A DNA stretch of 64,000 nucleotides from Acetivibrionales bacterium (GTDB lineage: Bacteria > Bacillota > Clostridia > Acetivibrionales > JBMNNH01): contig JBMNNH010000009.1 in NCBI GenBank assembly GCA_050953835.1, positions 12,944 to 76,943 of the forward strand, written 5' to 3'. Within the stretch, counting starts at the first letter, position 1. Every line of letters starts with the position of its first letter. Both the position numbers and the translations under genes were made by a program. The notes under the pieces are model-generated. The model was not told where the DNA came from. It did no database searches and saw only the letters and a program-made list of their open reading frames with translations. Positions 42,423-54,389 of the stretch are shown piece by piece.

Positions 42423-42697
42423 ATAAAGCCTTCATCCCCTTTTCAACATATAAAGGGACGAAGGCATATTTCTCCGCGGTACCACCCGATTTCATACCTG
42501 CCGCTCCAATAACTGAAAGCAGATAAGCTCTTCATTCTTTAACGGGATATTCCCCGGCATTACCTAATTAGCAGTATGCTGTTCAATAATGCAGCTCCGG
42601 AGCGAACTTCAACGCTTTGTACATTAAGGAAACTCTCAGCCTGTGATTTCCCTTCTCTTATAAAGACTACACGTTTACTTTTCTCCTTCATAGCTTT
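42423..42697 (-). promoter_or_regulatory. Phe T-box riboswitch
   Basis: AGAGA and GCTGAG stem I motifs, specifier TTC at 42606-42604, T-box AATCGGGTGGTACCGCG at 42491-42475, terminator GCCTTCGTCCC...GGGATGAAGGC. Confidence 0.93.
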
Positions 42698-43028
42698 TAT
42701 ACTATACTTTTTCGGATAATTATACCACACTATATTCTTATATACAATGATATTTTAAGTATGGGCGTATTTTTTACTTATAATCCATATAATGGAATGT
42801 ACATTGAAGAGAAGCTATAGAGACTGTTTGTGGTTTAATATTTAAATCAAGAAGGATTTCCCAGACTTCATGTAGAATATCATACCAAAACATTTGTATA
42901 AGCAAAACAGCCGGAATTCTTCTAAATATAATTGATACCAGTAGTAATTCAAATTGCGTATATTTCACGGTACTATTAAGCCGAAAGTAATAAGGATAAA
43001 CTCTGTATGAATAGAAAGGCGGAGGAAA

Positions 43029-43727
43029 ATGTTAAACAAACTGAAGAAGGAAGTACTGGAAGCCAATCTGGAACTCCCCAAGCACAACCTGGTAACCTTC
43101 ACTTGGGGGAATGTAAGCGGCATAGACAGGGGAAAAGGATTGATTGTAATCAAACCCAGCGGAGTGCCTTACGAGGAATTGAAACTTGAGCATCTTGTTG
43201 TTCTGGATCTTGATGGCAACAAAATAGAGGGGGATTTAAACCCGTCTTCAGATACCCCAACTCATATTGTGCTATATAAACAATTCCCCTTGATAGGAGG
43301 GGTAGTGCATACCCATTCCAAATGGGCTACAAGCTGGGCGCAGGCAGGAAGAGGAATACCTGCACTGGGGACTACACACAGTGACTATTTTTATGGAGAA
43401 ATCCCCTGTACACGTAAAATGACAATTGAAGAAATCCAGGGAGATTATGAAAAAGAAACAGGCAACATAATAGTTGAAGCCTTTAAAGATAAAGACCCCG
43501 GACAGATACCCGGAGTCCTTGTAAATAATCACGGACCATTTTCATGGGGAAAAAGCCCTTTAGATGCCGTACATAATGCAGTAGTACTGGAAAACATAGC
43601 TGAGATGGCATATCATACAATCGCTCTCTCACCCGAAATTCAAAAAATTGATCAGGCTTTGCTTGACAAGCATTTCCTGAGAAAACACGGTGAAAATGCA
43701 TACTATGGACAGAAAACCATTACTTGA
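43029..43727 (+). CDS. araD: L-ribulose-5-phosphate 4-epimerase
   Basis: [19 protein letters not shown] and [14 protein letters not shown] motifs. Confidence 0.96.
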   Translation: MLNKLKKEVLEANLELPKHNLVTFTWGNVSGIDRGKGLIVIKPSGVPYEELKLEHLVVLDLDGNKIEGDLNPSSDTPTHIVLYKQFPLIGGVVHTHSKWATSWAQAGRGIPALGTTHSDYFYGEIPCTRKMTIEEIQGDYEKETGNIIVEAFKDKDPGQIPGVLVNNHGPFSWGKSPLDAVHNAVVLENIAEMAYHTIALSPEIQKIDQALLDKHFLRKHGENAYYGQKTIT

Positions 43728-43872
43728 TATAAGAAAATTTTCTAGCATCCCAGTAAAATGATATAATAGTATTAACCGGTTTTACTGGTATAATTAATAA
43801 AGGATTTCATAATATCTTTTATTGTATTAGTATTGGATTAATTCATAATATATTAACGAGAGGTGAGTTTTA

Positions 43873-45546
43873 ATGGCAGGTAAAAAATATAGCTTGGGAG
43901 TGGACTTCGGCACACAATCAGGGAGGGCAGTACTGGCAGAGGTTGATACAGGCAACATAGTTGCCACAGCAGTAAAAGAATATTCCCATGGAGTAATGGA
44001 TGAATATCTCCCTGATGGAGAGACCAGACTTGAACATGACTGGGCACTTCAACATCCGGCAGACTACCTGGAAGTTCTTAAAGTGACAATACCTGAAGTG
44101 CTTAAGGAATCAGGTGTGAGTCCCGAAGATGTAATAGGTATGGCGATAGACTTTACTTCATGCACAATACTTCCTGTTGATAAGGAAGGCATGCCTCTAT
44201 GCTTCAAGGAAGAATACAAAAAGAATCCCCATGCCTATGTAAAACTATGGAAGCATCATGCAGCCCAGCCCGAAGCAAACAAACTCAACGAAATAGCTGA
44301 AAAAAGAGGCGAAAGTTTTCTTAAAAGATATGGTGGAAAAATATCATCCGAATGGCTTTTCCCCAAAGTGATGCAAATACTTGATGAAGCACCTGGAATA
44401 TATGAAGCCACAGACAGGTTTATGGAAGCCACCGACTGGATTTCTCTCATGCTTACAGGCAATGAGAGAAGGAATAGTTGTACCGCAGGATATAAAGCAA
44501 TTTGGAGTAAAAAGGAAGGATACCCTTCCAATGATTTCTTCAAGGCTCTTGACCCAAGGCTCGAGAATGTGGTGGACGAGAAACTCTCAAGGGACATATA
44601 CCCCTTAGGTGGAAAGGCAGGAGAGCTGACAGAAGAAATGGCAAAGCTTACGGGACTGCTTCCTGGAACTGCGGTAGGTATTTCAAATGTTGATGCCCAT
44701 GTTGCAGTGCCTGCGGTTGGAATAGTAGAGCCTGGAAAGATGCTTATGATAATGGGGACATCCACCTGTCATATGGTACTTAGTGACGAAGAGAAGATAG
44801 TCCCCGGTATGTGCGGAGTGGTTGAAGATGGAATAATACCAGGCCTTTTCGGTTATGAGGCGGGTCAGTCCTGTGTAGGCGACCACTTTGACTGGTTTGT
44901 AAAAAATTGTGTTCCATCTCATTACCAGAAGGAAGCAAAGGACAAGGGAATAAATATACACAAGCTTTTAAGGGAAAAGGCTAAAAAACTCAAGGTTGGA
45001 GAAAGCGGACTTCTTGCACTTGACTGGTGGAACGGAAACAGGTCGGTACTTGTTGATGTAGACCTTACAGGGCTCTTAATTGGATGTACCCTGGCAACAA
45101 AACCTGAGGAAATATACAGAGCACTTATAGAGGCTACCGCTTTTGGGACTAATATGATTATTGAAACATTTGAACAAAGTGGTGTAGCTATTAAAGAGCT
45201 GTATGCCTGCGGTGGTATAGCCGAAAAGGATGAATTAATGATGCAGATATATGCAGATGTAACAAACAGAGAAATAAGGATATCAGCATCACCACAGGCA
45301 GTAGCTTTAGGCTCAGCCATGTTCGGAGCAGTTGCAGCAGGCAAAGATAAAGGCGGTTATGACTCCATATTCGATGCTGCAAAAAAAATGTCAAAAGTCA
45401 AAGAAGAATACTATAAACCTATACCGGAAAATGTAGAAGCCTATAAAAAGCTTTATGCAGAATATAAGCTGCTGCACGACTACTTTGGCAGAGGTGCGAA
45501 TGATGTAATGAAGAGACTTAAAAAAATAAAAGCAGAAGCCAGATAA
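43873..45546 (+). CDS. araB: L-ribulokinase
   Basis: [27 protein letters not shown] and LDWWNGNRS motifs. Confidence 0.95.
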   Translation: MAGKKYSLGVDFGTQSGRAVLAEVDTGNIVATAVKEYSHGVMDEYLPDGETRLEHDWALQHPADYLEVLKVTIPEVLKESGVSPEDVIGMAIDFTSCTILPVDKEGMPLCFKEEYKKNPHAYVKLWKHHAAQPEANKLNEIAEKRGESFLKRYGGKISSEWLFPKVMQILDEAPGIYEATDRFMEATDWISLMLTGNERRNSCTAGYKAIWSKKEGYPSNDFFKALDPRLENVVDEKLSRDIYPLGGKAGELTEEMAKLTGLLPGTAVGISNVDAHVAVPAVGIVEPGKMLMIMGTSTCHMVLSDEEKIVPGMCGVVEDGIIPGLFGYEAGQSCVGDHFDWFVKNCVPSHYQKEAKDKGINIHKLLREKAKKLKVGESGLLALDWWNGNRSVLVDVDLTGLLIGCTLATKPEEIYRALIEATAFGTNMIIETFEQSGVAIKELYACGGIAEKDELMMQIYADVTNREIRISASPQAVALGSAMFGAVAAGKDKGGYDSIFDAAKKMSKVKEEYYKPIPENVEAYKKLYAEYKLLHDYFGRGANDVMKRLKKIKAEAR

Positions 45547-45549
45547 ATA

Positions 45550-45591
45550 TACAAAAGGCTGCCGGCAATGAATTGCCTGCAGCCTTTTGTA
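45550..45591. terminator. Terminator after araB
   Basis: TACAAAAGGCTGC...GCAGCCTTTTGTA inverted repeat. Confidence 0.8.
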
Positions 45592-45719
45592 CTTATATAT
45601 TGTCTTTTTTAGGCATCTAAACATCGGCATTTGATTTCCCTGCCAAGTACGCAGCAATAGTTTTTACTTTGCAATACGCCTTACAGACAGCTTGCCTGAA
45701 AATAGACAAACGCAATAAT

Positions 45720-46448
45720 TCAGAACAAACCAGTAAAAAGGTTCCATGGATATGTGTCCGGCGGAAGGCTTCTGAATATCATTCTTTCCTTCAAGGTTGG
45801 ATGGGAACAGGTTATCACACTGGACCACAGTGCAATCTGCCAACCTGCTTTATTCAAAGATTTACCATACCTCTGGTCGCCAAACAAGGGGGTGCCTGCA
45901 GCGGAAAATTGCACCCGTATCTGATGGGGCCGTCCTGTAAGTAAATCTATACTTACAAGGCTCAGGTTCTCCTTGCTTGCGAGTGTTTTATACTCAAGAA
46001 TTGCTATTTTAGCTGCTTTGTTTGTTTCCTTCACAGCACGCACCATATTAGTTTTTGTATCCTTCAGCAAATAGTGCTCCATTCGTCCGCTTTTCTTTTG
46101 AAGTGCACCATGCACAACCGCAAGATAAGTCTTTTTGAACTCTCCCCTTCTTATCTCATCAGACAGTCGTGAAGCCGCTTTTGAAGTCTTTGCAAAAACC
46201 ATCGTACCGCCGACAGGCCTGTCCAACCTGTGTACCAGCCCCAGATATACATTACCCGGTTTGTTATACTTATTTTTAATATAATCCTTCAGAATTCCAA
46301 GCATATCCGCATCACCTGTACTATCACCCTGTGATAGTATATTTACAGGTTTTTCAACCACCAGAAGATGGTTATCCTCGTAGATAATATTAACAGCAGC
46401 TTTCTCCATTCCTACTTTTTTCTCCTCTATTCCATTATCTTTCCCCAT
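45720..46448 (-). CDS. RluA-family pseudouridine synthase
   Basis: VHRLDRPVGG and TGRPHQIRVQ motifs. Confidence 0.95.
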   Translation of the reverse strand: MGKDNGIEEKKVGMEKAAVNIIYEDNHLLVVEKPVNILSQGDSTGDADMLGILKDYIKNKYNKPGNVYLGLVHRLDRPVGGTMVFAKTSKAASRLSDEIRRGEFKKTYLAVVHGALQKKSGRMEHYLLKDTKTNMVRAVKETNKAAKIAILEYKTLASKENLSLVSIDLLTGRPHQIRVQFSAAGTPLFGDQRYGKSLNKAGWQIALWSSVITCSHPTLKERMIFRSLPPDTYPWNLFTGLF

Positions 46449-46463
46449 ACTTCCTGTTCCCGG

Positions 46464-47342
46464 CTAATTCTTCTTAACCGCTGCTTCCCATCTTCCGCTT
46501 GCCCCGCAGGGCAGTATTATTCCTGTTCCTGAAACCGGAATCCCAACTTCATCTGAGCTAGCATGCCCACCGAACCTTTTTGCCACTGTCAGGCACAGTA
46601 AATTTTTAAGAACAGATGGAGCAAGGCCTGTTGTGTAGGAATTAATAAGGAAAAAAACCGGACTTTCGGATAAAACCCCCATGCAAAGCTCTATTAACCC
46701 GTACAGCTCATCTTCTATCTTCCACATCTCACCTTTTGGGCCTCTTCCGTAGGAAGGCGGATCCATAATAACTGCTTCGTACTTACGGCCGCGCCGTATC
46801 TCCCTTTGGACAAACTTGACAACGTCATCAGTAATAAACCTGACTGTCCTGTCGCCCAGCCCCGAGAGTTCAAGATTCTCCTTCGCCCTTGAAACCATTC
46901 CCTTTGCTGCGTCAACATGGCATACTTCTGCCCCGCCGAATGCTGCAGCAATGGTTGCTCCCCCGGTATATGCAAAAAGATTGAGCACTCTTACCGGACT
47001 GCCGGCTGATTTTATCCTGTCAATAATCCAATCCCAGTTTACCGCCTGCTCCGGGAATAGTCCGGTGTGCTTAAAACCTGTAGGCTCCACATAAAACTTC
47101 AGCTTTTCATATGTAACAATCCATCTGTCGGGCAGCTTCCTTGCATACTCCCATCTGCCCCCTCCGCTGCTGCTTCTGTGATAATGTGCATCGGCTTTTG
47201 CCCATAACCCGTCCTTATCAGTAAAGGGCCATATAACCTGGGGATCAGGGCGCCTCAATATATATTTTCCCCACCTTTCAAGCTTTTCCCCATTGCCGGT
47301 ATCAATTAACTCATAATCCTTCCATTTATTCGCAGCAAGCAT
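46464..47342 (-). CDS. Class I SAM-dependent methyltransferase (RlmI/RlmK-like)
   Basis: HTGLFPEQ, VLNLFAYTGG and MDPPSYGRG motifs. Confidence 0.9.
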   Translation of the reverse strand: MLAANKWKDYELIDTGNGEKLERWGKYILRRPDPQVIWPFTDKDGLWAKADAHYHRSSSGGGRWEYARKLPDRWIVTYEKLKFYVEPTGFKHTGLFPEQAVNWDWIIDRIKSAGSPVRVLNLFAYTGGATIAAAFGGAEVCHVDAAKGMVSRAKENLELSGLGDRTVRFITDDVVKFVQREIRRGRKYEAVIMDPPSYGRGPKGEMWKIEDELYGLIELCMGVLSESPVFFLINSYTTGLAPSVLKNLLCLTVAKRFGGHASSDEVGIPVSGTGIILPCGASGRWEAAVKKN

Positions 47343-47529
47343 AATAAAAGCATTCCTCCATAAAAGCATTTCTCTGAGTTTTCCATATTCGGGCACTATT
47401 CTAACATAGTAATGAATAAAAAAAAAGGTGGATACTTTAATATTTTAGTACTGCTATTGATGTATTCCTATAGGGCCAGTGGAAATTACCGTCAAGAAAT
47501 TGGTTATTATTACAAATTGACAAATAGTA

Positions 47530-48523
47530 TTAAACCATCTTTTTAAAACCATATGGGTTGCTTTTATGCCAGTTCCAGGCTGTTTGAATAATTGTCTGCA
47601 AATCATTGTATTTCGGTTCCCACTTCAGTTCCCTTTTTATCTTTATCTGAGGACGCTACTAATACTGCCGGGTCCCCCAGTCTTCTTCCAGTAATTTCCT
47701 CTTTTATTATTCTGCCTGTTACTTCCCTGGCAGCCTGAATAACCTCTTTTACAGAAAATCCTTTTCCGTTGCCAAGATTGTAAACCGTACTTTCTCCACA
47801 GTTTCTTAATCTATTTAAAGCAAGTATGTGTGCATGTGCCAGATCGGTTACATGAATGTAATCCCTTATACAGCTTCCGTCAGGCGTATTATAATCGTCT
47901 CCGTAGATTCTTATGCATTCCCTTATACCCGCTGCAACCTGCAGGACAATTGGAATAAGGTGTGTTTCAGGGGTGTGGTCTTCACCAATAATCCCGCTTT
48001 TATGTGCGCCTGCCACATTAAAATACCTTAAGGATATATATTTGATGCCATAAGCATTATCTGCCCACTTTAAAATTTTCTCAACAGCCAGCTTTGTTTC
48101 TCCGTAAGGATTTTTCGGTTCAGTCCTGTCAGTCTCCAATATGGGGGTATTGTCAGGTTCTCCGTATATTGCAGCGGTAGAGGAGAATACTATTTTATTA
48201 ACACCGGATTCCTTCATTGTATTTATAAGCACCAGTGATGAGACTACATTATTGTTATAGTATTTTAAAGGGTCTTGAACGCTTTCACCCACCAGCGAAT
48301 CAGCCGCAAAATGTATTACAGCTTCAATATCGTTTTCCTTAAACACTTTCCGGAGAAAACCCTCATCTCTTAAATCTCCTTTATAAAACCTTCCTCCAAG
48401 GATCGCGTTTTCATGACCTTTTTGAAGGTTATCTACTACAAGCACATCTTCTCCTGAATTTATCAGCTCAACTACCGTGTGACTGCCTATATAACCTGCT
48501 CCGCCAGTAATCAGTACCGCCAT
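47530..48523 (-). CDS. galE: UDP-glucose 4-epimerase (1-nt insertion at about 47643)
   Basis: [15 protein letters not shown] and RDYIHV motifs; removing one base restores [15 protein letters not shown]...[12 protein letters not shown]. Confidence 0.95.
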
Positions 48524-48537
48524 CCTATACACCCCCG

Positions 48538-49722
48538 TTAAATAATTTCCCGTCCTCCGTCCCCTGCTTCTGAAATGTAGAAGGAAGCCTTAAGCCCAAT
48601 CTGTTTACAATAATTATCCCCTACCTGTTTAATAAACCTATCAACCGAATCTTCCCTGACAATGCTCACAGTACATCCACCAAAACCTGCACCTGTCATT
48701 CTTGAGCCAATTGTCCCCTTGACTTTAAGTGCCTCTTCCACAAGAGTATCCAGCTCAACCCCCGTCACTTCATATAAATCCCTCAATGAATTATGGGACT
48801 GTACCATTAACCTTCCAAACTCCTGTATATCCCCATCATTAAGTGCCTGAATTGATTTTAGTACCCTGTCGTTCTCAGAAATCACGTGCTCCACTCTTTT
48901 TCTTATTATATCATCTTCTATCATATGCCGGTAACTCTTATACTGCTTATATGTTATGTCTCCAAGGCAAGAAATACCGGGAAGAGCCTTCTGAAATACT
49001 TTCAATCCTCTTTCACATTGGCTTCTCCTTTCGTTGTACTTTGATTGTGCAAGGCTTCTCTTTTTATTGGTATTGGATATTACTATTTTATATCCCTTCA
49101 AATTAAGAGGAACGTACGTATAGCTTAAATCCCTACAATCAAGGAAAATAGCATGGTTTGACTTTCCCATAGCCGATGCGAACTGATCCATTATTCCACA
49201 GTTGACACCCACATAATTATTTTCTGCTTTTTGGGAAATCTTAGCTAATTCAAGCATATCAATATGCTTACCTGCCTGTTTTTCTGCATTTGACAGAGCA
49301 ACCAGCGCTATTGCGGTTGCAACTTCAATGGCTGCCGAGGAAGATAGCCCTGCCCCAAGAGGCACAGTGTCATGGAACATCATATCACATCCAATGAGTT
49401 CATATCCTGCCTTTTGCAATTCATCTGCCACACCCAGCTGGTAATTGCCCCATTTTAAATCCCTGTATTTTTCCAGCCGGTCCAGGTTCCCATTCACCAT
49501 TATATTTAAATCAGTGGCAATAAGGTTAATTTCCCTGTCATGCCTGGGTCTGGCAACAACTGTGGAGCTAAGAGTTAATGCGATGGGAAAAACATATCCA
49601 CCATTATAATCCGTATGTTCCCCAATCAGATTCACTCTTCCGGGTGACGAAAAAACTCTGAGTCCCTTTGTGGAACCCCCAAAAATCTCTGTAAACCTGC
49701 TTTTTAAGCCATTAATATCCAT
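48538..49722 (-). CDS. galK: Galactokinase
   Basis: PGRVNLIGEHTDYN, PLGAGLSSSAA, CGIMDQ and RMTGAGFGGC motifs. Confidence 0.97.
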   Translation of the reverse strand: MDINGLKSRFTEIFGGSTKGLRVFSSPGRVNLIGEHTDYNGGYVFPIALTLSSTVVARPRHDREINLIATDLNIMVNGNLDRLEKYRDLKWGNYQLGVADELQKAGYELIGCDMMFHDTVPLGAGLSSSAAIEVATAIALVALSNAEKQAGKHIDMLELAKISQKAENNYVGVNCGIMDQFASAMGKSNHAIFLDCRDLSYTYVPLNLKGYKIVISNTNKKRSLAQSKYNERRSQCERGLKVFQKALPGISCLGDITYKQYKSYRHMIEDDIIRKRVEHVISENDRVLKSIQALNDGDIQEFGRLMVQSHNSLRDLYEVTGVELDTLVEEALKVKGTIGSRMTGAGFGGCTVSIVREDSVDRFIKQVGDNYCKQIGLKASFYISEAGDGGREII

Positions 49723-49793
49723 GGCTGAACCTCCTGATTTGTTCACATTAATATTTTCTTCCTTAAACAACTATCTGTCAACAAAGTAGTGTC

Positions 49794-50765
49794 TCAAACC
49801 CTTTCAATATACTTTTGATGTGCTTTTCTGAGTTCTTCCGCTTTGTCCTCAGGTGATGTTGGGTTGCAGTGAGCCCAGGCACCCGTTTCACTGGAAGCGT
49901 TGAACTTCTGTTTATCAGCTGAACGCATCGGCGGAAAGAACTCTATGTGAAAATGGTAGTAGTCACTAAAGTCGCCACAATTCACCGGATCCTGGTGCAT
50001 GCACATCATATACGGAAACCGGTAGTCAAAAAGCGCATCCAAAGTACCTGTAGTTTCCTTCAATACCTTTGCCATGTCTTTCTTCTCCTGTTCGCTCATT
50101 TGAGCCAGATTCTGCTTGTGGTCTTTACTAGCAATATATACCCCATATGGGTATTCAGTAAAAAAGGGGAGGAAAACAATAAAGTGTTTATTTTCAAATA
50201 TTACACGCTTTTTGAATATTTTCTCTTCCTTAATTATATCACATATAAGGCATGACTTGTTTTCCCTATAATGCTGCCTACATGATTCAAGCTCAAGTTC
50301 CAGCTTCTTTGGTATAAACGGATATCCGTAAATCTGTCCGTGAGGATGAGGCATGGTAACCCCCACAGCATCTCCCCTGTTTTCAAAAATAAAAACATAC
50401 TTTATCCTTTTATCCTTTTTCATCTCAACAAACCTTTCTGTCCACAAGCCTATAAGTTTTTCTATATGGCTTTCGGGAAGTTCCGGTAGTGTAGTAGTAT
50501 GCTCTGGAGAATAGAGGATAACCTCACATTTTCCATAAGCTTCACCGGTCTTATATACTCCGCCTCCTACCCTGTCCGGGACGGGAGGATTCTGGCTTAA
50601 GACAGGAAAATCATTATCATATTTGTAAACATCATAATGGTCAGGCACCCTTCCCGAACCCGGGCAAAACGGGCACCAATCCCTGGGCATGTGCGGCCGG
50701 TTCTGGCGGCTGGAGGCTATCATAACCCAATCTCTAATCAAAGGATGCCAGCGCAATTCTGCCAT
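49794..50765 (-). CDS. galT: Galactose-1-phosphate uridylyltransferase (type I)
   Basis: CPFCPG, NDFP and FENRG..VGVTMPHPHGQ motifs. Confidence 0.96.
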   Translation of the reverse strand: MAELRWHPLIRDWVMIASSRQNRPHMPRDWCPFCPGSGRVPDHYDVYKYDNDFPVLSQNPPVPDRVGGGVYKTGEAYGKCEVILYSPEHTTTLPELPESHIEKLIGLWTERFVEMKKDKRIKYVFIFENRGDAVGVTMPHPHGQIYGYPFIPKKLELELESCRQHYRENKSCLICDIIKEEKIFKKRVIFENKHFIVFLPFFTEYPYGVYIASKDHKQNLAQMSEQEKKDMAKVLKETTGTLDALFDYRFPYMMCMHQDPVNCGDFSDYYHFHIEFFPPMRSADKQKFNASSETGAWAHCNPTSPEDKAEELRKAHQKYIERV

Positions 50766-50976
50766 TTGAAACACCTTCTTTGTGAGTTTTCTTTACTGCA
50801 TGATAACATGTTATTTTGTTATATTCATATTTCAATTCTAAATTGTTGGGCTGCAAAGTAAATAGCACAATGTTATAAAAATATGGTATAATGTTGCATA
50901 AGTTGCAGGCAATGATGAGTGGCAGACAGTCTGTTAGTTTAAAGATGATAGAAAAGGCTGATAGCTGACGGAAGGG

Positions 50977-51807
50977 GTGTGGTTTTTGATGCTGGAGAAG
51001 TTTTATTTTAAAAAACCTAGCCATACAGACATGAATATTTACAGATGCGGGATAGAGGACTGCAAACCAGGACATTCCTGGGGGCCGGCAATAAGGGATC
51101 ATTATATTATCCACTATATCCTTGATGGCAAAGGAGTATTCAGGATTAATAACACCACTTATCCTCTTCAAAAAAATGACGGCTTTTTAATACCGCCTGA
51201 TACCATAGTATACTATGAGGCAGACGTAAAAAAACCATGGAGTTATTCCTGGGTAGGCTTCCATGGTTTAAAGGCTGGTTCATACCTTAAACGTGCCGGT
51301 CTTACGCTTGAAAACCCTGTCTTCAGTTATGTCTACAATGACTCAATAAAGAAATGCCTGCATAATATGATAGCTGCGAATAAGCTTAGAAACAGCAGGG
51401 AGATTTGTATGTTAGGCTATCTGTACATTCTCCTTTCCCATATTATAGAAGCCCATGGAAAATTGAAATCATATGACAATACACTTGAAAGAAAGGAGGC
51501 TTACATCAAAAAGGCAGTAGAATTTATCTCCATGAATTATTCCAGAAAAATTTCAGTATCTGAAATAGCAAGCCACATAGGGCTTAACAGAAGCTATCTG
51601 TATACCCTGTTCAACAATTATCTTAAAAGCTCGCCACAGGAATTCCTGATAAATACCAGAATAAGCAAAGCTTGTGAGCTTATAAAGAACACAAGCTTAT
51701 CAATATGCGATATTTCCAGGTCGGTGGGCTATGAAGACCCACTGTTGTTTTCAAAAATGTTCAGGAAAGTCAAGGGAATACCCCCCAGAGATTACAGGAA
51801 ACATTAA
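50977..51807 (+). CDS. AraC-family regulator (MsmR-like), divergent from galTKE
   Basis: GPAIRDHYIIHYILDGKG cupin; C-terminal SVGYEDPLLFSKMFRK. Confidence 0.93.
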   Translation: MWFLMLEKFYFKKPSHTDMNIYRCGIEDCKPGHSWGPAIRDHYIIHYILDGKGVFRINNTTYPLQKNDGFLIPPDTIVYYEADVKKPWSYSWVGFHGLKAGSYLKRAGLTLENPVFSYVYNDSIKKCLHNMIAANKLRNSREICMLGYLYILLSHIIEAHGKLKSYDNTLERKEAYIKKAVEFISMNYSRKISVSEIASHIGLNRSYLYTLFNNYLKSSPQEFLINTRISKACELIKNTSLSICDISRSVGYEDPLLFSKMFRKVKGIPPRDYRKH

Positions 51808-51868
51808 ATTGAACTGCTGTGGCAGCCCATTCCGATTGCTGATATTCCAAGGTAAAGATTTCTAGCCC

Positions 51869-51897
51869 TTGACAGTTTATCATATTAGTTTTAAAAT
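51869..51897 (+). promoter_or_regulatory. sigmaA promoter of tRNA-Val
   Basis: TTGACA-N17-TAAAAT. Confidence 0.8.
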
Positions 51898-51916
51898 GAT
51901 AATACAAATTAAATAT

Positions 51917-51992
51917 GGGCGATTAACTCAGCTGGCAGAGTGTCATCTTGACGTGGTGAAAGTCACAGGTTCGAGCCCTGTATCGCCCACCA
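51917..51992 (+). tRNA. tRNA-Val(GAC)
   Basis: 76-nt cloverleaf, anticodon loop TTGACGT, GTTCGAG T-loop and CCA; followed by terminator AAAAACCTGGC...GCCAGGTTTTT. Confidence 0.97.
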
Positions 51993-52095
51993 AAAAACCT
52001 GGCAAAATATTAAACCGGCCAGGTTTTTCGTTTAGTACAGCTTTAATACCTAAACGTTCTTCAGGTATTAAAGCATCAGGTAATTCAATACCAGC

Positions 52096-52242
52096 TTACT
52101 TAACACTGCAGCAATTTTTTTCACAGTTTTTACTGCAGCCGGAGCAGCATATATTTTCTCCTTTTACTATACGCTTTACAAACCTTATAATAAAATATAA
52201 TGTCAGGCCAATAATTATTCCGCCAATAATCCAGTTAATCAT
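52096..52242 (-). CDS. FeoB-associated Cys-rich membrane protein
   Basis: MINWIIGGIII TM segment followed by CCSGCSKNC; directly after feoB. Confidence 0.88.
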   Translation of the reverse strand: MINWIIGGIIIGLTLYFIIRFVKRIVKGENICCSGCSKNCEKNCCSVK

Positions 52243-52259
52243 TCTTCCACCTCTCTTAT

Positions 52260-54302
52260 TTACTCCAGTCCAAGAAGCATTCCCAGCTGGAAAATCAGAA
52301 ATGACACTACCCAGGCAATTCCGGTCTGGTATCCCACAGCAAAAAGCGTCCATTTCCATGAATTCATTTCCCTTTTTATTGCTCCTAATGCTGCCACACA
52401 TGGCAAATAAAGCAGAGTAAAGGCCATAAACGCATATGCCCTCAGAGGTGTGAAATATTCCTTAAGTGTAAGTGCCAATTCCACCGAATCCTCTCCAACT
52501 TCTCCAATACCGTGAAGAATACCCATTGTTGTTACAACTACTTCCTTTGCAACAAACCCTGTAAGCAAAGCCACTGATGACTTCCAGTCGCCAAAACCCA
52601 ACGGAGCAAAGAAAGGGGCAATAGACCTTCCGATAATACCAAGTATACTGTCACCTGCATCCTCCACCATCTGCAGTGAAAAGCTGAAAGACTGAAGGAA
52701 CCATATTACTACCGATGCAGCAAATATAATAGTACCTGCCTTTTTAATAAATCCCTTAACCCTGTCCCACATATGGATCAGCAGCCCTTTTATGGTAGGA
52801 ATTCTGTATGGAGGCAGTTCCATAACAAAAGGAGCCGCTTCTCCTTTCAAAACTGTATTTTTAAGAATAATACCGGACAGTATTGCAATAACAATACCCA
52901 AAAGGTATATTGAAAATATTACTAAACTTTGGTTCCGTGCAAAGAATGCTGCGGTGAAGAGAGCATATACAGGTAATCTTGCACCACATGACATGAAAGG
53001 TGTAAGTATTATAGTCATCCTTCTGTCCTTCTCATTCTCCAATGTCCTTGCCGCCATCACAGCCGGAACGCTGCAGCCAAATCCCATTAGCATTGGTATA
53101 AAAGATTTACCGCTCAGGCCAAGCTTCCTTAGAAGTCTGTCCATAACAAACGCTGCCCTCGCCATGTAGCCACTGTCCTCAAGAATAGAAAGGAAGAAAA
53201 ACAGAATCATAATCTGGGGAACAAAAACAAGCATACTTCCAAGGCCCCCGATAATACCGTCTATAATCAGAGCATGCAGCCATTCGGCCGCGCCCCCTTG
53301 CTCCAACAGCCTTGAAATAAAACCTGCAGCAGTATCATTGATAAAAACATCAACCCATCCAATAGTAAATGACCCTATTGCCCCAAAAGTAATCTGGAAT
53401 ACTGCAAACATAACTACTAAAAACAGGGGTAGGGCCAGTATCCTGTTGGTCACCACTTTATCTATTTTATCTGAAATAGTAAGTCCGCTGTCACTGGATT
53501 TCTTTTTAACAGTTTTGCTGACAATACTGGAGATAAACCTGTACCTGTTGTCAGCAATAATAGTTTCAGTATCATTGTCATACTCCTCTTCCAGTTCTTT
53601 CCTGAGGCGGTTTATTTCTTCAATTTTTGTTCCCTGTATATCTAACTTTTCTCTTGCTTTATCATCATTTTCCAAAAGTTTTATTGCAAGCCACCTGGGA
53701 TTAAAGTGTTTTTTGTCGGAATCATCTAAAATCCCTATTATTCTTTCAATACTCTTTTCCACACTTTCATCATAAACAGACAAGCTTCTTTTTGTTTCCG
53801 GAGCCCCAATATCCCGCGCTATACTAACAGCCTTTTCCACCACTTCATGAACACCCTTGCCTTTGCTTGCACAGGTAGGTAAAACAGCAACACCCAAGGC
53901 TTTCTCAATCCCTATTAAGTCAATGCTGTCACCACGGTTTTGCACGGAATCCATCATATTCAGCGCCACAATAACCGGTATCCCAAGCTCTATTAGCTGT
54001 GTTGTAAGATACAGGTTTCTCTCAATATTGGTTGCATCCACTATATTTATTATTACATCCGGCTTTTCGTCCAGAATATAATCCCTTGCAATAATTTCCT
54101 CTGTTGTGTATGGCGAAAGTGAGTAAATGCCGGGAAGGTCTACTATTTTAATTTCTTCCTTAAACCTTCTGGCTTTTCCCACTTTTTTTTCAACTGTAAC
54201 TCCCGGCCAGTTTCCCACATACTGCGTACTCCCCGTAATTTCATTAAACATAGTGGTCTTCCCACAGTTGGGATTGCCTGCAAGTGCAAAAGTATAAGAC
54301 AT
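52260..54302 (-). CDS. feoB: Ferrous iron transporter B
   Basis: [34 protein letters not shown] and FVMELPPY motifs. Confidence 0.98.
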   Translation of the reverse strand: MSYTFALAGNPNCGKTTMFNEITGSTQYVGNWPGVTVEKKVGKARRFKEEIKIVDLPGIYSLSPYTTEEIIARDYILDEKPDVIINIVDATNIERNLYLTTQLIELGIPVIVALNMMDSVQNRGDSIDLIGIEKALGVAVLPTCASKGKGVHEVVEKAVSIARDIGAPETKRSLSVYDESVEKSIERIIGILDDSDKKHFNPRWLAIKLLENDDKAREKLDIQGTKIEEINRLRKELEEEYDNDTETIIADNRYRFISSIVSKTVKKKSSDSGLTISDKIDKVVTNRILALPLFLVVMFAVFQITFGAIGSFTIGWVDVFINDTAAGFISRLLEQGGAAEWLHALIIDGIIGGLGSMLVFVPQIMILFFFLSILEDSGYMARAAFVMDRLLRKLGLSGKSFIPMLMGFGCSVPAVMAARTLENEKDRRMTIILTPFMSCGARLPVYALFTAAFFARNQSLVIFSIYLLGIVIAILSGIILKNTVLKGEAAPFVMELPPYRIPTIKGLLIHMWDRVKGFIKKAGTIIFAASVVIWFLQSFSFSLQMVEDAGDSILGIIGRSIAPFFAPLGFGDWKSSVALLTGFVAKEVVVTTMGILHGIGEVGEDSVELALTLKEYFTPLRAYAFMAFTLLYLPCVAALGAIKREMNSWKWTLFAVGYQTGIAWVVSFLIFQLGMLLGLE

Positions 54303-54324
54303 ATCACACCTCCATTTGTGATAT

Positions 54325-54339
54325 TGATTATCATTATCA
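54325..54339. promoter_or_regulatory. Fur box between feoA and feoB
   Basis: TGATTATCATTATCA, one mismatch to TGATAATnATTATCA. Confidence 0.75.
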
Positions 54340-54389
54340 TTATTGCCTTTTAAAAAAACTACTTTAATTTAAAATTCAAGTAGAAAACA

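Noticed and set aside
51869-52420. 183-aa ORF overlapping tRNA-Val, and the many other short ORFs antisense or out of frame to identified genes
   Set aside because: They overlap well-supported genes or RNAs and have no recognisable motifs or RBS; treated as shadow ORFs.
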